Below are positions 11,413 through 22,604 of a stretch of DNA of 33,047 nt, in pieces; positions within the stretch are counted from its first letter, which is position 1, and each line of letters begins with the position of its first letter. The notes beneath the pieces are model-generated. The model ran no database searches and was not told where the DNA came from. It saw nothing but the letters and a program-made list of their open reading frames with translations. Location of the stretch: the NCBI RefSeq assembly GCF_006345805.1, contig NW_021832740.1, forward strand, positions 1-33,047, written 5' to 3'. This stretch comes from Octopus sinensis (lineage: Eukaryota). Made by a program: the position numbers and the translations under genes.

Positions 11413-14400
11413 CAGCGGTTTTCAACGGGGATTTGTATATCTTGATAAATAGATTTTGCTTGCCTCTTATAAAGTGGCCTATAACATCGCAAGTCTAAAA
11501 AGCCACATACAGTCGGAGAAGATTCGATAAACCATGTGCATTGGAAATGGTCTCATTAATACTCGGAACAGAGTCAAGACAAAAGATTGAATCAGTTCCG
11601 CTCTCCATAATATAATTCACAGTCAAATATGTGAGTTAAGCAGTGATATTTTGTCCAAAATTATTACAGAGATCAAATCAAGTCCTTTCCTTATATCTCT
11701 TCAGTTGGGCGAATCAACTTATGTCTCTAATTTTAGTCAACTTATTGCACTAGTGATTTTTTGGTTTGTGAAGAATTAAAAATAACCACGAAAGGAATAG
11801 ATATCTTTAACATTGTTAGAGATTTTTTTATGAAACGTTATTGGGATATCCAGACAATAGGGTCTATTTGTACAAACGGTCCTCTAGCAATGCTGGGAAA
11901 TATGTCCGGTTTTGCTGGGCTATTAAAGAATGAAATCCCGAACATAAGGATTAAGCATTGTTTTTTTCATCACTATGTATTAGCTGTTAAAACTCTCCCC
12001 CATTGTTGAAAAATGTACTTGCCACCACTGTAAAATTTATTAACTGGATAAGAGGTCGTGCTATGAACCATTGAATATTTTAAACAATTTGCAGTCAATC
12101 TCAGTTCTTTCCATTACACCAAGTGTCCTCGCTGAGCTTAATACAAAACATCCGAGTCCCCTCGCGGACCTTCGCTCTGCTACTCTAAGTTCCGATTACC
12201 CCGCAACCTATGCCCCCAAAGAAGATGTTCTAGATGCTATTAATTCCCTTGCAACAGGCAGCTGCGGGGGCATCGACGGACTACGCCCAGGGCATGTGAA
12301 AGATCTACTCTCAAGCCACACTTGCGAGGCCGGCGCTCGGCTCCTCGTCTCCATAACTGCTCTGACAAACATGATCATCCAGGCATAAATCCCCGAGTAC
12401 GCTCAGGACCTCCTATTTTCTGCAAACATCACCGCATTGAGGAAGAAGGAAGGCGGGATCCGCCCTATTGTTGTTGATACATTTTTTCGCCGTCTAGTTT
12501 CCAAAGTAGCCTGTAGACAAGTTACCAAGTCTTTGGGTCAGAAACTACGCCCGTTTCAGTGGGCGTCGGTGTCCGCGGCGGCTGTGAAGCTGCTGTCCAT
12601 GCTGCAAAAAAAGTTTATTCCGCCTCAACCGAAAGGCCGGATAACGCCTCTGTACTCGTGAAGCTAGACTTGACAAATGCCTTCAACAGTCTTCGTCGGG
12701 ACTGTATTCTCGAAACTTGCTACCGCCGTGCTCCCTCAATTGCCCGCTTGGTATCCATGGCTTACTCCAAGCCAAGTCTTCTTATTGCCGATGACCAAAT
12801 CCTACATTCCAGCAACGGTGTTCAACAGGGCGACCCACTTGGCCCGTTGCTTTTTGCCCTGACGATCGATCCTGTTGTTCGGAACATCTCATCTCGTTTC
12901 AATGTATGGGTACCTGGACGACGCTACTATCGGAGGTCCGGTAGCTTCTGTCCTTAAAGATTTGGAAAATCTGATCCCCTCCCTTAATTCTCTTGGCCTA
13001 TCCATCAATCCGCTCAAATACGAAATTGCCAATATTGGCTTTACCCAGAAGATTTTACCTCTGTATTTAATACGTTCTCGAATGTCCTTCCAAATATCCG
13101 CAGGACCTTGATCGAAAATTTGAAAATCTTAGGGTCCCCTATATCTAATCTGGGTGTTGAATCATCCCTATATGCTAAAACATCCTCGCTAGTGGCAATT
13201 TCTAACAAACTAGCAAAAATCGATTCCCATTCCGGCCTGTTTTTCTTACGCAACTGTTTTGCAATTCCAAAGCTTCTATTTATCCTCAGAAGTGCCCCAT
13301 GTTTCTTTAACCTGAGGGCTCTCGAATCATTTGATTTTTTGCTTAAATCCAGCTTGGAGTCCATTTGCAATATTACCCTCGATGAGATCGGTTGACAACA
13401 GGCCACCCTTCCTATAAGCCATGGCGGTATTGGTATCCGATCATCTGTCGACCTTTCTATCCCGGCGTACTTATCTTCAGTTAATGCGACAAACGATCTG
13501 GTCCAGGAAATTCTCCAATCCGTAACCGAATCATTTATGGACACAGAGTCGGTCGCCGCAGAAAGTTGCTGGCAATCCCGGAGAATACACACGCTCAAGG
13601 CCAATGGGACCGGATCCTCTGCGACCACAAGATAAACAGTCTCAAGCCGAAACTCAATCAACATCGCTTGCCTTGCTTATTGGCCGCCTCGCAACCATAT
13701 TCTGGTGCATGGCTTACAGCAATCCCTATGGCGTCAATCGGCACCTTAATGGACAACGACTGTGTAAGGATTTCCGTCTCTCGTGCCTCGGACTTCCCAT
13801 TTGCAGAACACACCAGTGCCGCTGCGGTTTAAGAGTGGACTCATTTGGCCATCATCCCCTCTCCTGCTCACGTAGTGCCGGACGTTTCCCACGACACGCC
13901 GCCATCAACGACACGTGAGCCGTGCCCTAACGACGGCGGGGTTTCCTAATGAGCTCGAACCAGTCGGGCTCGACAGAGGCGACGGTAAGCGCCGGATGGC
14001 ATGTCAATCTTCCCGTTTGAAAAGGGGAAATGCCTTATCTGGGACGCCACCTGTTCCGACACTTTCTCCGCCAAGAATCTAATTGTCTCCGCTGCGGAAC
14101 CGGGCTCAGTTGCAAAGCAGGCGGAACTAACAAAACAGAAGAAGTACCGGGTCCTGGCAAAGAATCACCAATTTACTGCAGTCGCGGTGGAAACCTATGG
14201 AGTCATCGGCCCGCAGACGCTATCGTTTCTCCGCCGCCTTGGATCTAAGCTCGTGGTTGCCACGAAAGATCCCAACGAGTCGATCAGACTCTTTCAAAGG
14301 ATCTCATTGGCCATCATGCGCGGGAATTGCCAGTCGATCCGCTACGCATTTTAACTCTTTTCTGTTTTTTGAGAAATTAAAAAAAATTGCAGTGATCTTG

Positions 14401-14638
14401 GCAACAATCATTCTATTTTATTATTTCATACCGAAATTCGCTGGCTCTCACTAGGTCAAGCCTTACCCCGCATCTTCAAGGTACAGATGTTAGCATACTC
14501 AAATGCCACGAAAAATGACTGCATTCAAAAATAAATTATCTCTGTGGCGTCGGCGATTAGAAACATACAATCTCACAAATTTCCCAACCTTAGAAAAGGT
14601 GGTCGACAATTCAATAAATCCAACTTTTCGAACCCCTG
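11413..14638 (+). mobile_element. Internally deleted SPIN/Buster-like hAT element (ZBED5/FAM200-like) with nested CRE insertion
   Basis: Left end CAGCGGTTTTCAAC; imperfect right end TTTTCGAACCCCTG; perfect TSD CTCTAAAT (11405-11412, 14639-14646). Transposase motifs KKPHTVGE, QLGEST, CTNGP, HCFFH, FHTEIRWLS and KMTAFKNKLSLW. Confidence 0.9.
12096..14386 (+). mobile_element. 5'-truncated CRE-clade non-LTR retrotransposon (RT, zinc finger, RLE)
   Basis: GGIDGLRP, GGIRPI, GVGVRGGCEAAVH, KLDLTNAFNS, GVQQGDPLGP, YLDD (12911-12922), CRCG...HPLSC...RHAAIND, KRPDG...WDAT...VETYG, stop at 14354. A8 tail at 14379-14386; TSD TTGCAGT (12089-12095, 14387-14393). Several frameshifts and two in-frame stops. 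Confidence 0.93.
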
Positions 14639-15814
14639 CTCTAAATATAAAGAAAAAAAGAAAAGAAGCGTTTGGCAGAAAGAATATAAATAAAATATAT
14701 TCATTTGATCAGGCGGACTCGATTATCAATTTATTTATTTAACCCCATTTTCCCTGAAGTTGGGAGAAATGCGGCACCAAAAAAACCGACAGACTTCTTA
14801 GTGTCACACCATAAGTTAAGGAGGAAACTTGATTATCAAAAAAGCGCGATATTTAAAAATTAATAAAGAGATCTTTCTTGAAATAGTGATATTTATAAAA
14901 TTAAAATTTCAGATTAAAAGTGAACTACAGGACAAAGAACAAAATAGAGGTTTGGAAGTAATGGAAATTAGAAAGACTGTTCAGGATACCAATAAACAGA
15001 AAAACGGCAATCAAAATTCTTTGTCAACACCACGACGATTCCCATCACTCTTCTACAGAAAGGAATCATTTTCCAGATGCTATAGATGAAGGACGTAGTG
15101 AGATTTCCTGTGACTCCAGAGGTTTCAATTGCGGCGGTTTTAAAAAAGTAATCATTGATTATAGATCAGTCGTCAGTAAATCTGAAACAATAGTTTCATC
15201 AATTGTCATTGAAATTATCAAAATTATATACTTATTAATTTAATAGATTGCGCTTTGTGTCTATATTCTTGTTATGAATATTTAAAATTTTATCGTTAGG
15301 GAAAGTTTTAACTGAAACTTGAAATTTTTTAATTTTATCAAAAAACTGTTTTTGAAAATATTTTAAAAATCTACACTCATGAAACATTGGAAATATTTTA
15401 ATATTAGTGTATAATAAAAATTTATAAACTTATATTTATTTCTTGTTTGATTTGTATTTTTTCTTTATTTCTATATTTTTGGTTTGTTTTTCAAGAATAC
15501 AAAGTTGTGTAATTTTATCGATAAAATCATCGGGAGGAGAACTGAATGGGTCTTCAAAACAATATTTTAGTAAAATACAGTCTTTATATATTATTGAAAT
15601 TATAACTTTGAGTCGTTTTTTTGATAGCAATTTTAATTTTTTGATTGAGTGGAGTACTTGAATCAAATATTTTTGAAAACTGATTCAGATTAGTTTTTAT
15701 CGAATGCTTAGAATATGTGCTTATAAATGTAGGTAAAAGTAAAACTACTTTGAAGTTTTATTCAATTTTAATGTTTCAAAATTTATTGAATTGAAAAATA
15801 AAAATCCATGTTAA

Positions 15815-16570
15815 AGTAATTAATTAATTAGCTTAATCTTCTCTTTTTGGGCCCATAATCCAGTGACCGTATGAGTAAGTTCTCGTCGAAGCACACTCCC
15901 ATTCTGAGGCTGCCCTTGGTTGACATTCCGTTTCAGCTTTCTCCTCACTAGGCATCGATATACCATGCCTCTCTTCAGCCTGCATGCTCTCCAATGTCTT
16001 CCTTAGAACCACTGTCTGAATACTCTCACTCTTTCTTCCAGCTTGAGGACATAAAGATGACCCTTGAAAAATCTTGAGACAATTCCATCCCAGGTACAGG
16101 GATTAGTTTTACTTTTGCGTGATGAATTGCTTCAAGTTCATTTGCCAATAAGTCATATTTGTGGAACTTCTCAACTTCGACCTGCTTAAGGCAATTTTGC
16201 GAAGTAATCCCAACTTCGATAAGAGTGATTGTATTCCTCACTTTGTCATGGACAAATATATCAGGTTTGTTATTCGCCATAGCTGTATCCGTACTAATCG
16301 TAGTATCCACACGAATATCCACAAATTCATTGCTAACAACAGATTGAACTGAGTGTGTTTTTAGTCTCTTAGTTTTCCTTATTCCATATTGACGACAGAG
16401 ATGTAAGTGAATATATCTGACTACTTCGTTATGCCGTCTAAGATATGAGCTATTCAGCATTCTCCCGCACCTAGTTGCAAGGTGATCAATTAATGTTTCA
16501 ATATGATCACATTTTGAACAATTTAACAAGTTTTTATATATTAACAAATTTGAAAACATTGAAACCATTT
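15815..16570 (-). mobile_element. 3' portion of R4-like RLE retrotransposon
   Basis: CSKCDHIETLIDHLATRC knuckle, YLRRHNEVVRYIH, NNKPDIFVHDK...LIEVGIT...VEKFHKYDLLA. Followed by a frameshifted QTVVLRKTLESM and a (TAAT)n-like run near 15817-15831. Confidence 0.85.
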
Positions 16571-16959
16571 TATTTTTTTCCGAATTTTTGTATAACTGAC
16601 ATTATAAAAATAAAACTGAAATAATGATAGGCCAGGTAGGTAACGACTAATCTTACCATAACTCATACAGTTTACATAAAAATGCATCAAATCATAATGA
16701 ATACTTAGTACTAACATGAATTGGCTTAAAATCTATTCTTTTTAATAATAAAACCAGATATCAATACGAATTAATTGCCGCTACGATTCATTGATTTTAA
16801 ATAATTTAGATAATTTCAAAAAATATAAATGCAATAAGAATGACCGGAATTCTACCATTTAATTAAATCATAATGCTTGCGCGAGAAATTCCTGATCAAA
16901 ATGTCATATCTTATGAATAATGGTTTTTTGAAATCTATATTAACTGTTAAATCGCTAAT

Positions 16960-17325
16960 TGCCCTGTCGTGTTAATTAGAATGAAACGAAATAGTTCCAT
17001 TGTTTATAAAAAAAATAACTCCTTGAAGTTTAAGCATAACAATTTCCCATTAGGAACACGAAAGACAGAAGAAGTAACGTTTCGTGGTTCTGACACGCAC
17101 GAGGAGACTCCTTATTTCGGCCTGATTTTCCTCTTGAGTACCCGCGCAAGCACGTAGTGGTCGTGATTTCTTCATGTCTTCATCTGATCGTCTATATAGT
17201 ATCAAAAGGTTTTCGATGTTCGTATGAGTCAAAAGCTTGCATTTTTTTGAACGCTCCATGAATGCTAGAGTTCTTTTCAGGCTCGCTTCACTTTTCGGTT
17301 TATTAACCAGAAAATGGAGTTGCCC
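16960..17325 (+). mobile_element. Highly degraded LINE thumb-region remnant
   Basis: TPYFGLIF and RLASLFGLLTRKWSC. The inverted paralog at ~29500-30090 continues into KA(T)IQLVLI..EG and IEQLEKTRR, as in the LINE at 32264-32636. Confidence 0.4.
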
Positions 17326-17620
17326 TGCAGCATTTAGAGTAAAGTTAAAAATACAATTTTTTTAGAAAATTCAAAACAATATAATATTCCCAGATTTTTG
17401 CCCGCAATCATGTATAGTTTTGGTTAGATACCTTCCATTACTATGTCTGAACTCTGTGTTCTTTTTTTATTTGTATTCATCTTTGTCGTTCGTGTCAAAG
17501 ATGTTTAACAAATGATTAAAGATGATTAATGTAGATCATCACCCCGGACGATATAAACGGGCCGGACGCTATAAGACACCACATTTATTAAGGAATATTT
17601 TAAACTTTTAATTTTTTAGC

Positions 17621-18701
17621 ATGGCTCACACAGTGTCAACTTTAACATTAAATAAACAAAAATCATCTCCACATCCTTGTGTTATTTCTACTTGTCCTAT
17701 TAACCAAGATCCAATAAATAGTTTTATATGCGGATCATACCAATTGAATGAGGCTTTTTTAAAAATATAACATTTATAGGGAATATATAAAGGACAACTA
17801 TATGTTTATACAATATATCAAATTTAGAACCGATTTACTCCTTACCAACTTCTGCCATTCTCGATATTTGTTGGCGAGAAAAAAAGAGTCAATTTATCTC
17901 AATTGACGCTAATGGTCACGTTTGTGGCTATAAAGTGGACGACGAAATGATTAGTCGACTTTTTTCCACTCAATTAAACGATAAACATCTTTTGTCATTA
18001 GACATTGATTCCCGAGACATGCTTATATCCTCAGATTTACACGGCCGTGTTCACTATTGCCAACTTGGCCAGGATTGTGTTACTATAAATACATTTTCAT
18101 TACATAATTCTCAGATTTGGAAGGTTCATTTTGATTCTGACAGTAATTTGTTTTACTCGGGTTTGTTTTTGAAATCAATATTTACTAAGGTGAAGACGAA
18201 GGTCTTTTAAAACTTTCTGATTTAAGGGTTGGTAGTAACCCTCAAGTATCATATCGAAAGTTGATCTTTCATTTTTATATTCTAGATATAAATATGGAGT
18301 TTGTGGGATTCTATGTTCTGGAAATACATTATACACGGGAGGGTAAGGGCGGGAATCATTTTTTAGATACGATCAATGTTTGAATATTCTTGACAAAAGG
18401 AATTTCTCGGGAGAACATATATCTTCTACTAATTTAGGAGGAGGTGTGTGGGGGTTAAAGTTTTGCCCGTCCAACCCTCACATTCTTTTAGTGTCTGTTA
18501 CTCATTCTGGATTGAGAGTAATTGACGTGTCAGATCCAGGTTTTTTTGAATATTTTTTTCTTAGCTGAAACGAATGTTACTGTTGGATATTTAGAACATG
18601 AGACATTGGTATATGCTTGTGATTGGGCGACGCCTAACAAGGTTATTTCTGCATCTTTCTATGACAACGATATTCGTTTGTGGGAGCTGGTTGATGTATA
18701 A
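17621..18701 (+). CDS. DPH7: Diphthamide biosynthesis WD40 protein DPH7/WDR85/RRT2 (one apparent frameshift)
   Basis: Spliced reading gives CP...CGSYQL, AILDICW, YSGEDEGLLKLSDLR, YGVCGI, TGGYDQ, LGGGVWGLKFCP, HSG, HETLVYACDW and ASFYDNDIRLW. Introns 17753-17779 (GC-AG), 18161-18189, 18260-18285, 18343-18366 and 18540-18564. One base missing near 17808-17811. AATAAA just after the stop. Confidence 0.88.
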
Positions 18702-18893
18702 ATTGAAAATAAACTGTTCTTGAGATTTATAGTCGCGAATTCTTAATTTTTGATATTATTCTGAATAAATGGACCTATTTATTAAAAATAATTTTATTTA
18801 AGTAGAATTCATAAAATTTTTGAGTATCTATGATAAAAATAAAATTTATCCTACATAATTTTGAATTGTAGGCCTTTCCGATCTATATTAGAT

Positions 18894-20310
18894 TTAGTTA
18901 GTTAGTTAGTTATGTTACCCGGCTTCACTAACACGTAGGAAGCCGCTGCAATCAGGTAGCGAGACGCGAAGATCGGGCGCTCCCAGAGATCCCGAATCCC
19001 AATAGGCGGAGACAAGTGAGGCGGTCCAGGACAGGGGAAGAGGTCTTCGGGGGTGAAGGAACGGTATGTTTCGAAAATCAGTGGATGATGACCTGAGCGA
19101 ATCTGAGCAAGCTGGACACGGAGATATCTGCCGAGTGATTGCTCTGAGGAGTGGACCGGCGGGGGGGGAGAGTTGAGAAGTTTGTTGTTTTTGAGCATCC
19201 TGATAGCACGAGTGGAGATGTGGTCATGGATTAGTTTATTCGCAGTTTTCCCATTGTTGGTTGAGAGTATTTTTGATAGACATCTACATTGATCGGCCAG
19301 AGTAGAGATGATGTGTGTTTTGTTTTCTGGAATAGAGATTTTGTGACTTGGATGTGAAGAGTCTTGTATTTCCTGTAGGAATTGGAGTCCTCTCATCGTC
19401 AAATGGTCATCGACCGGAAGGATACAGGACTCCCAATGGAGATGATCGATGGGAGTGGATGCAAGGCAGCCAGTTATTGTGCGTAGCCCTGAGTTTTGGA
19501 TTCTTTGGAGTTTTTGGAGGTTTGAATGAGACAAGTTCCATGACCATGCTGGACTAGCATAGTTCATTGATGTTCTAACAAATTGTTTGTAAACCAAAGT
19601 GAGGCATTCTTTGGCTTGGCCGTAAGTTTGTCCAGATAAGGCACGTAGTGCATTCAGTTTCGTTTGGCTTTCGTGGAAATGAGCTCCACGTTGCGTGAAA
19701 GATAGGCATTGATCGAATACAACTCCAAGAATTTTGGGTTTTTTATGACAGGAATTATTTCGCCGGCCACATCGAGGACTGGGTTTAGGTTGAATTGTCT
19801 TTTATCAGATGTAAAAACAGTGATGGACGATTTGGACGCAGAAGGAGTCATATGGTTAGATCCTAGCCATTTGGTCAGAGAGTTTAGATGAGTTTGGAGT
19901 GAGTTTGTTGCAGCTTCGATAGAATTGTTTCTTGAAGCAATCACTATGTCGTCTGCGTACGAGAGGAGTAGTGTTCCGAATTAGTAGGCATATCACTGAG
20001 GTGTAGATTGAGGAGGGTTGGAAAGAGACAGAAGCCCTGAGGGACCCCATTAGGTAAGTACCGGAATCGGGAGTTTTTTGACCCAAATTTTGTCTGAGCC
20101 AGTCTACCAGATAAGAAGCTACACAGCCAGATTTTCAGATGATGGGGAAACAACGATGTGGGTCACCTTCACGTGGTGTTGTTTGGATGCTGTGATTACA
20201 GTAACTAAAAGACCCTCAACAATCTCCCCATCTGATCGTTGTCACGATCTTTTGGCTGCAATTGAGCGAGCACAAAGCTGCCGCTCCCATGCTATATTAG
20301 ATTTGTGCTA
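18894..20310 (-). mobile_element. Internally deleted APE-type LINE (I/Jockey-group-like) with (CTAA)n tail
   Basis: LKIWLCSFLSGR...LPNGVPQG, SASKSSITVFT, YKQFVRTSMNYASPAWS...LQRIQNSGLRTITGC...PIDHLH and QIRSGH. (TTAG)n at 18894-18912. Confidence 0.85.
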
Positions 20311-20424
20311 ATTAATGTTTAATTTGTGCTCGTATTTAACATTCTACTCACATTAATTCCAATTAAAGTCGAACTAAATTAGAATAATTATTATTAGTGA
20401 ATAAATAAATGGTTTAGACTTATA

Positions 20425-21207
20425 TCATGAAGGTTGATACGTAGAAACTGCAATAAAAAGCTGCCCGCAGTAATAGAATAACATTATAAGTTCAGAAGAA
20501 TATAAAAACGTTCCTAAAAACGTATGAATTGACAGTATCAAATCAGAAAAAAAACAAGACTGCAGCTAAGGCAGAAAGTGCCATAGAATTACACAAATCC
20601 AAACTTTCCAAAAAGGCCAAAGCTCGCCATAACATTATAGATATTACAATCCCATAGACGTGTAAAAAATAGATATTTATTTAGAAAAAATAAAAAAAAA
20701 CCCCACGCATAAAATTGAAAGAAAAACAACTAAAAATACATTAAAAATTTATTACCGAGCGGATAATTTATCGGACGAAATCCGAAAACAGAAATATAAA
20801 ATAAATGGCCAATCAGAAAAAACAAAGCACCAAATTCAAAGAAATTTACCGCGAGAAGGGCATCCCAAAGACTCGCGGAAAACAATCCAATTGCAATACA
20901 CAAAGAATAATTAAAATTTGACTTGAATCCTTTTATTATTACAAATATGACTAAAATATATATTGGGATGCATTTGAAGATTATTTTAGCTGGTTTGTTA
21001 AAAATGCTTACATTTTTAATATGGATTACTGTATTTCCCTTCATCAGGGGAAGCCACATACCTGGGACGCCACGTTTGTGGACTCATTTTCACCTGAGAA
21101 CCTGCTGATGCTCGCATCCACCCCTAAATCAATTGCTACTACTGCATTTTATGAGAAACAAAAAACTCTCGGTTACTTACCATAAATACAATTAACCGAC
21201 AAATCAT
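20425..21207 (-). CDS. TMEM86: TMEM86/YhhN-family membrane protein (lysoplasmalogenase-like); 5' structure uncertain
   Basis: KCIP, IAIGLF...DALL...FFLIGHLFYISVF, YGIVISIMLWRA, AVLFFSDLIL...ELIMLFYYCGQLFI, stop at 20425-20427. Short GT-AG intron near 20730-20755. Frameshifts in T-runs (~20550, ~20690). Candidate first exon MICRLIVFM|GTAAGT at 21181-21207. Confidence 0.75.
21022..21170 (+). mobile_element. CRE-clade RLE fragment
   Basis: ITVFPF..GKPHTWDATFVDSFSPENL matches MSIFPFEKGKCLIWDATCSDTFSAKNL at 14001-14081. Confidence 0.7.
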
Positions 21208-21559
21208 TAATCTGATTTATTAGGTTTATAATGTCGTATTAAAGTGAAGATAGATAAATTTTGTTGATCGCAGGCCGTACATTCCGTTGTGCTTGGTTTG
21301 AAAGTGACATATTAGATTATATTTCGTGAACACGGTAACTGTTTCATAAAAAATTACACATGGAGGTTTGAATCCGCCTTTATTGAAAAAATATCATTGA
21401 ATTTATTTTTTATTAAAACAAGGCAGTAATCCCTCTGCCGAATTTAGTTTGCCTACACCTGTATTTTTGTCTCCTTTCATTTATTTAGAAAAATGCAACA
21501 ATAATATTTACAAGAACGAAATACTGATTAAAGAAGAAAATTTAGCTTATTACGCCAAA

Positions 21560-22604
21560 CTTCATCTGTACCGGTTTGCCAGCAAACCAAGGCACCAAAA
21601 GACCGTGCTCTGCTCCGTCGACATCCATAAAGCCTTCGACTCCGTCTCGAGGAAGCTCCTCTCAAGGAAGATATTCCAATCCGAATTTCCTCCGAAGCTA
21701 AAAATATGGATTACCAACTCCCTAAGTAGACGAAGGGGAAGGGTGTGCCTCGGTGGTCTGAAGTCCAAATCTCGTCTTCTACCCAACGGAGTACCTCAGG
21801 GATCCCCCTTATCCCCGGCGCTCATCAACCTATTTTTGGAAGACCTCCCTCCCTCGACAACAATGACATTGTTTTCTCATACGCGGACGACATCGTACTA
21901 GCCTCACGGGACCGGAACATCCAGAAGCCTCTGAAAGGCTCCAAGCTAACTTAGATCGGTTGAACCTATGGCTGACGGACAACCGGCGAAGAAAACGCGA
22001 CGAAGTCCGTCACTTCCCTCTTCACCTCGGAAAAAAGATTGGGAAGGACTTAAGTCGAATTAAAGCTGAATAACATGTCCGTACCCTTCTACAGGAGTCA
22101 GACGGTCCTAGGGATAACCTTCGACATGCACCTCTGTTTATCCCCACATGCAGACAACCTCCTTCGCAAATGCGAAAAAAAGTTGAACATCCTACGAACT
22201 CTATCCGGAATATGGAAAAACGGGTCGCACCCGGTACTGGCGAATATCTACCGCCAGTACTTCAAACCTTTTATTGCCTACGCCTACGGATCATGGGGTC
22301 CGCGGTTATCGTGGTCAAACAGGAGGCGAATCGAGGAGCCCCATCAAAGGGCCCTCAGATTAACCGATCGTTGGTCGCATGATAGCCAACGCCCCGGTCC
22401 AGCTTCTCTGGAAGACCTAATCAAGCTGAACCTCAGCCCGTCAGCGAATGCTCCGCCAAAAACAGCCTGCCGCTTGGTGCGATCTTGTCTGGGCTCGTGG
22501 AAAGATCACCAAGCAAGGATGAAGTCCCTGGTTGAGTGCATCGGGAGCACGTGACGTTTGTTCGGTTTTTAGCGTGGTCTTGGTGATTTAATAAATAAAT
22601 AAAG
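21560..22604 (+). mobile_element. 5'-truncated APE-type LINE (RT and thumb) with (TAAA)n tail
   Basis: VDIHKAFDSV, GVPQGSPLSP, YADD, VLGITFD, RQYFKPFIAYA. Frameshifted; TAATAAATAAATAAA near 22589-22603. Confidence 0.85.

Larger units (their letters stand above)
7241..17637 (+). repeat. Segmental duplication, copy A
   Basis: 7241-10911, 14843-14979, 15176-15779 and 16502-16617 recur in direct order at 24735-29274. 16619-17324 and ~17581-17637 recur inverted at 29277-30427. Confidence 0.93.

Noticed and set aside
13041-13664. 207-aa minus-strand ORF and similar antisense ORFs (2328-2585, 19348-19557, 20078-20311, 3507-3773)
   Set aside because: They are antisense shadows of retroelement coding sequence on the opposite strand.
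14720-14740. TTAA|CCCC as a piggyBac terminus
   Set aside because: No matching inverted end or piggyBac transposase motifs in the window.
17540-17580. Two CCGGACGMTATAA repeats upstream of DPH7 as a promoter or transposon end
   Set aside because: Only two short copies; I cannot distinguish a pogo-like subterminal relic from a regulatory motif or chance.
18894-18912. (TTAG)n as an interstitial telomere
   Set aside because: It lacks the GG of TTAGG/TTAGGG and sits right after a LINE ORF2 stop at two loci, so it is a retroelement tail.
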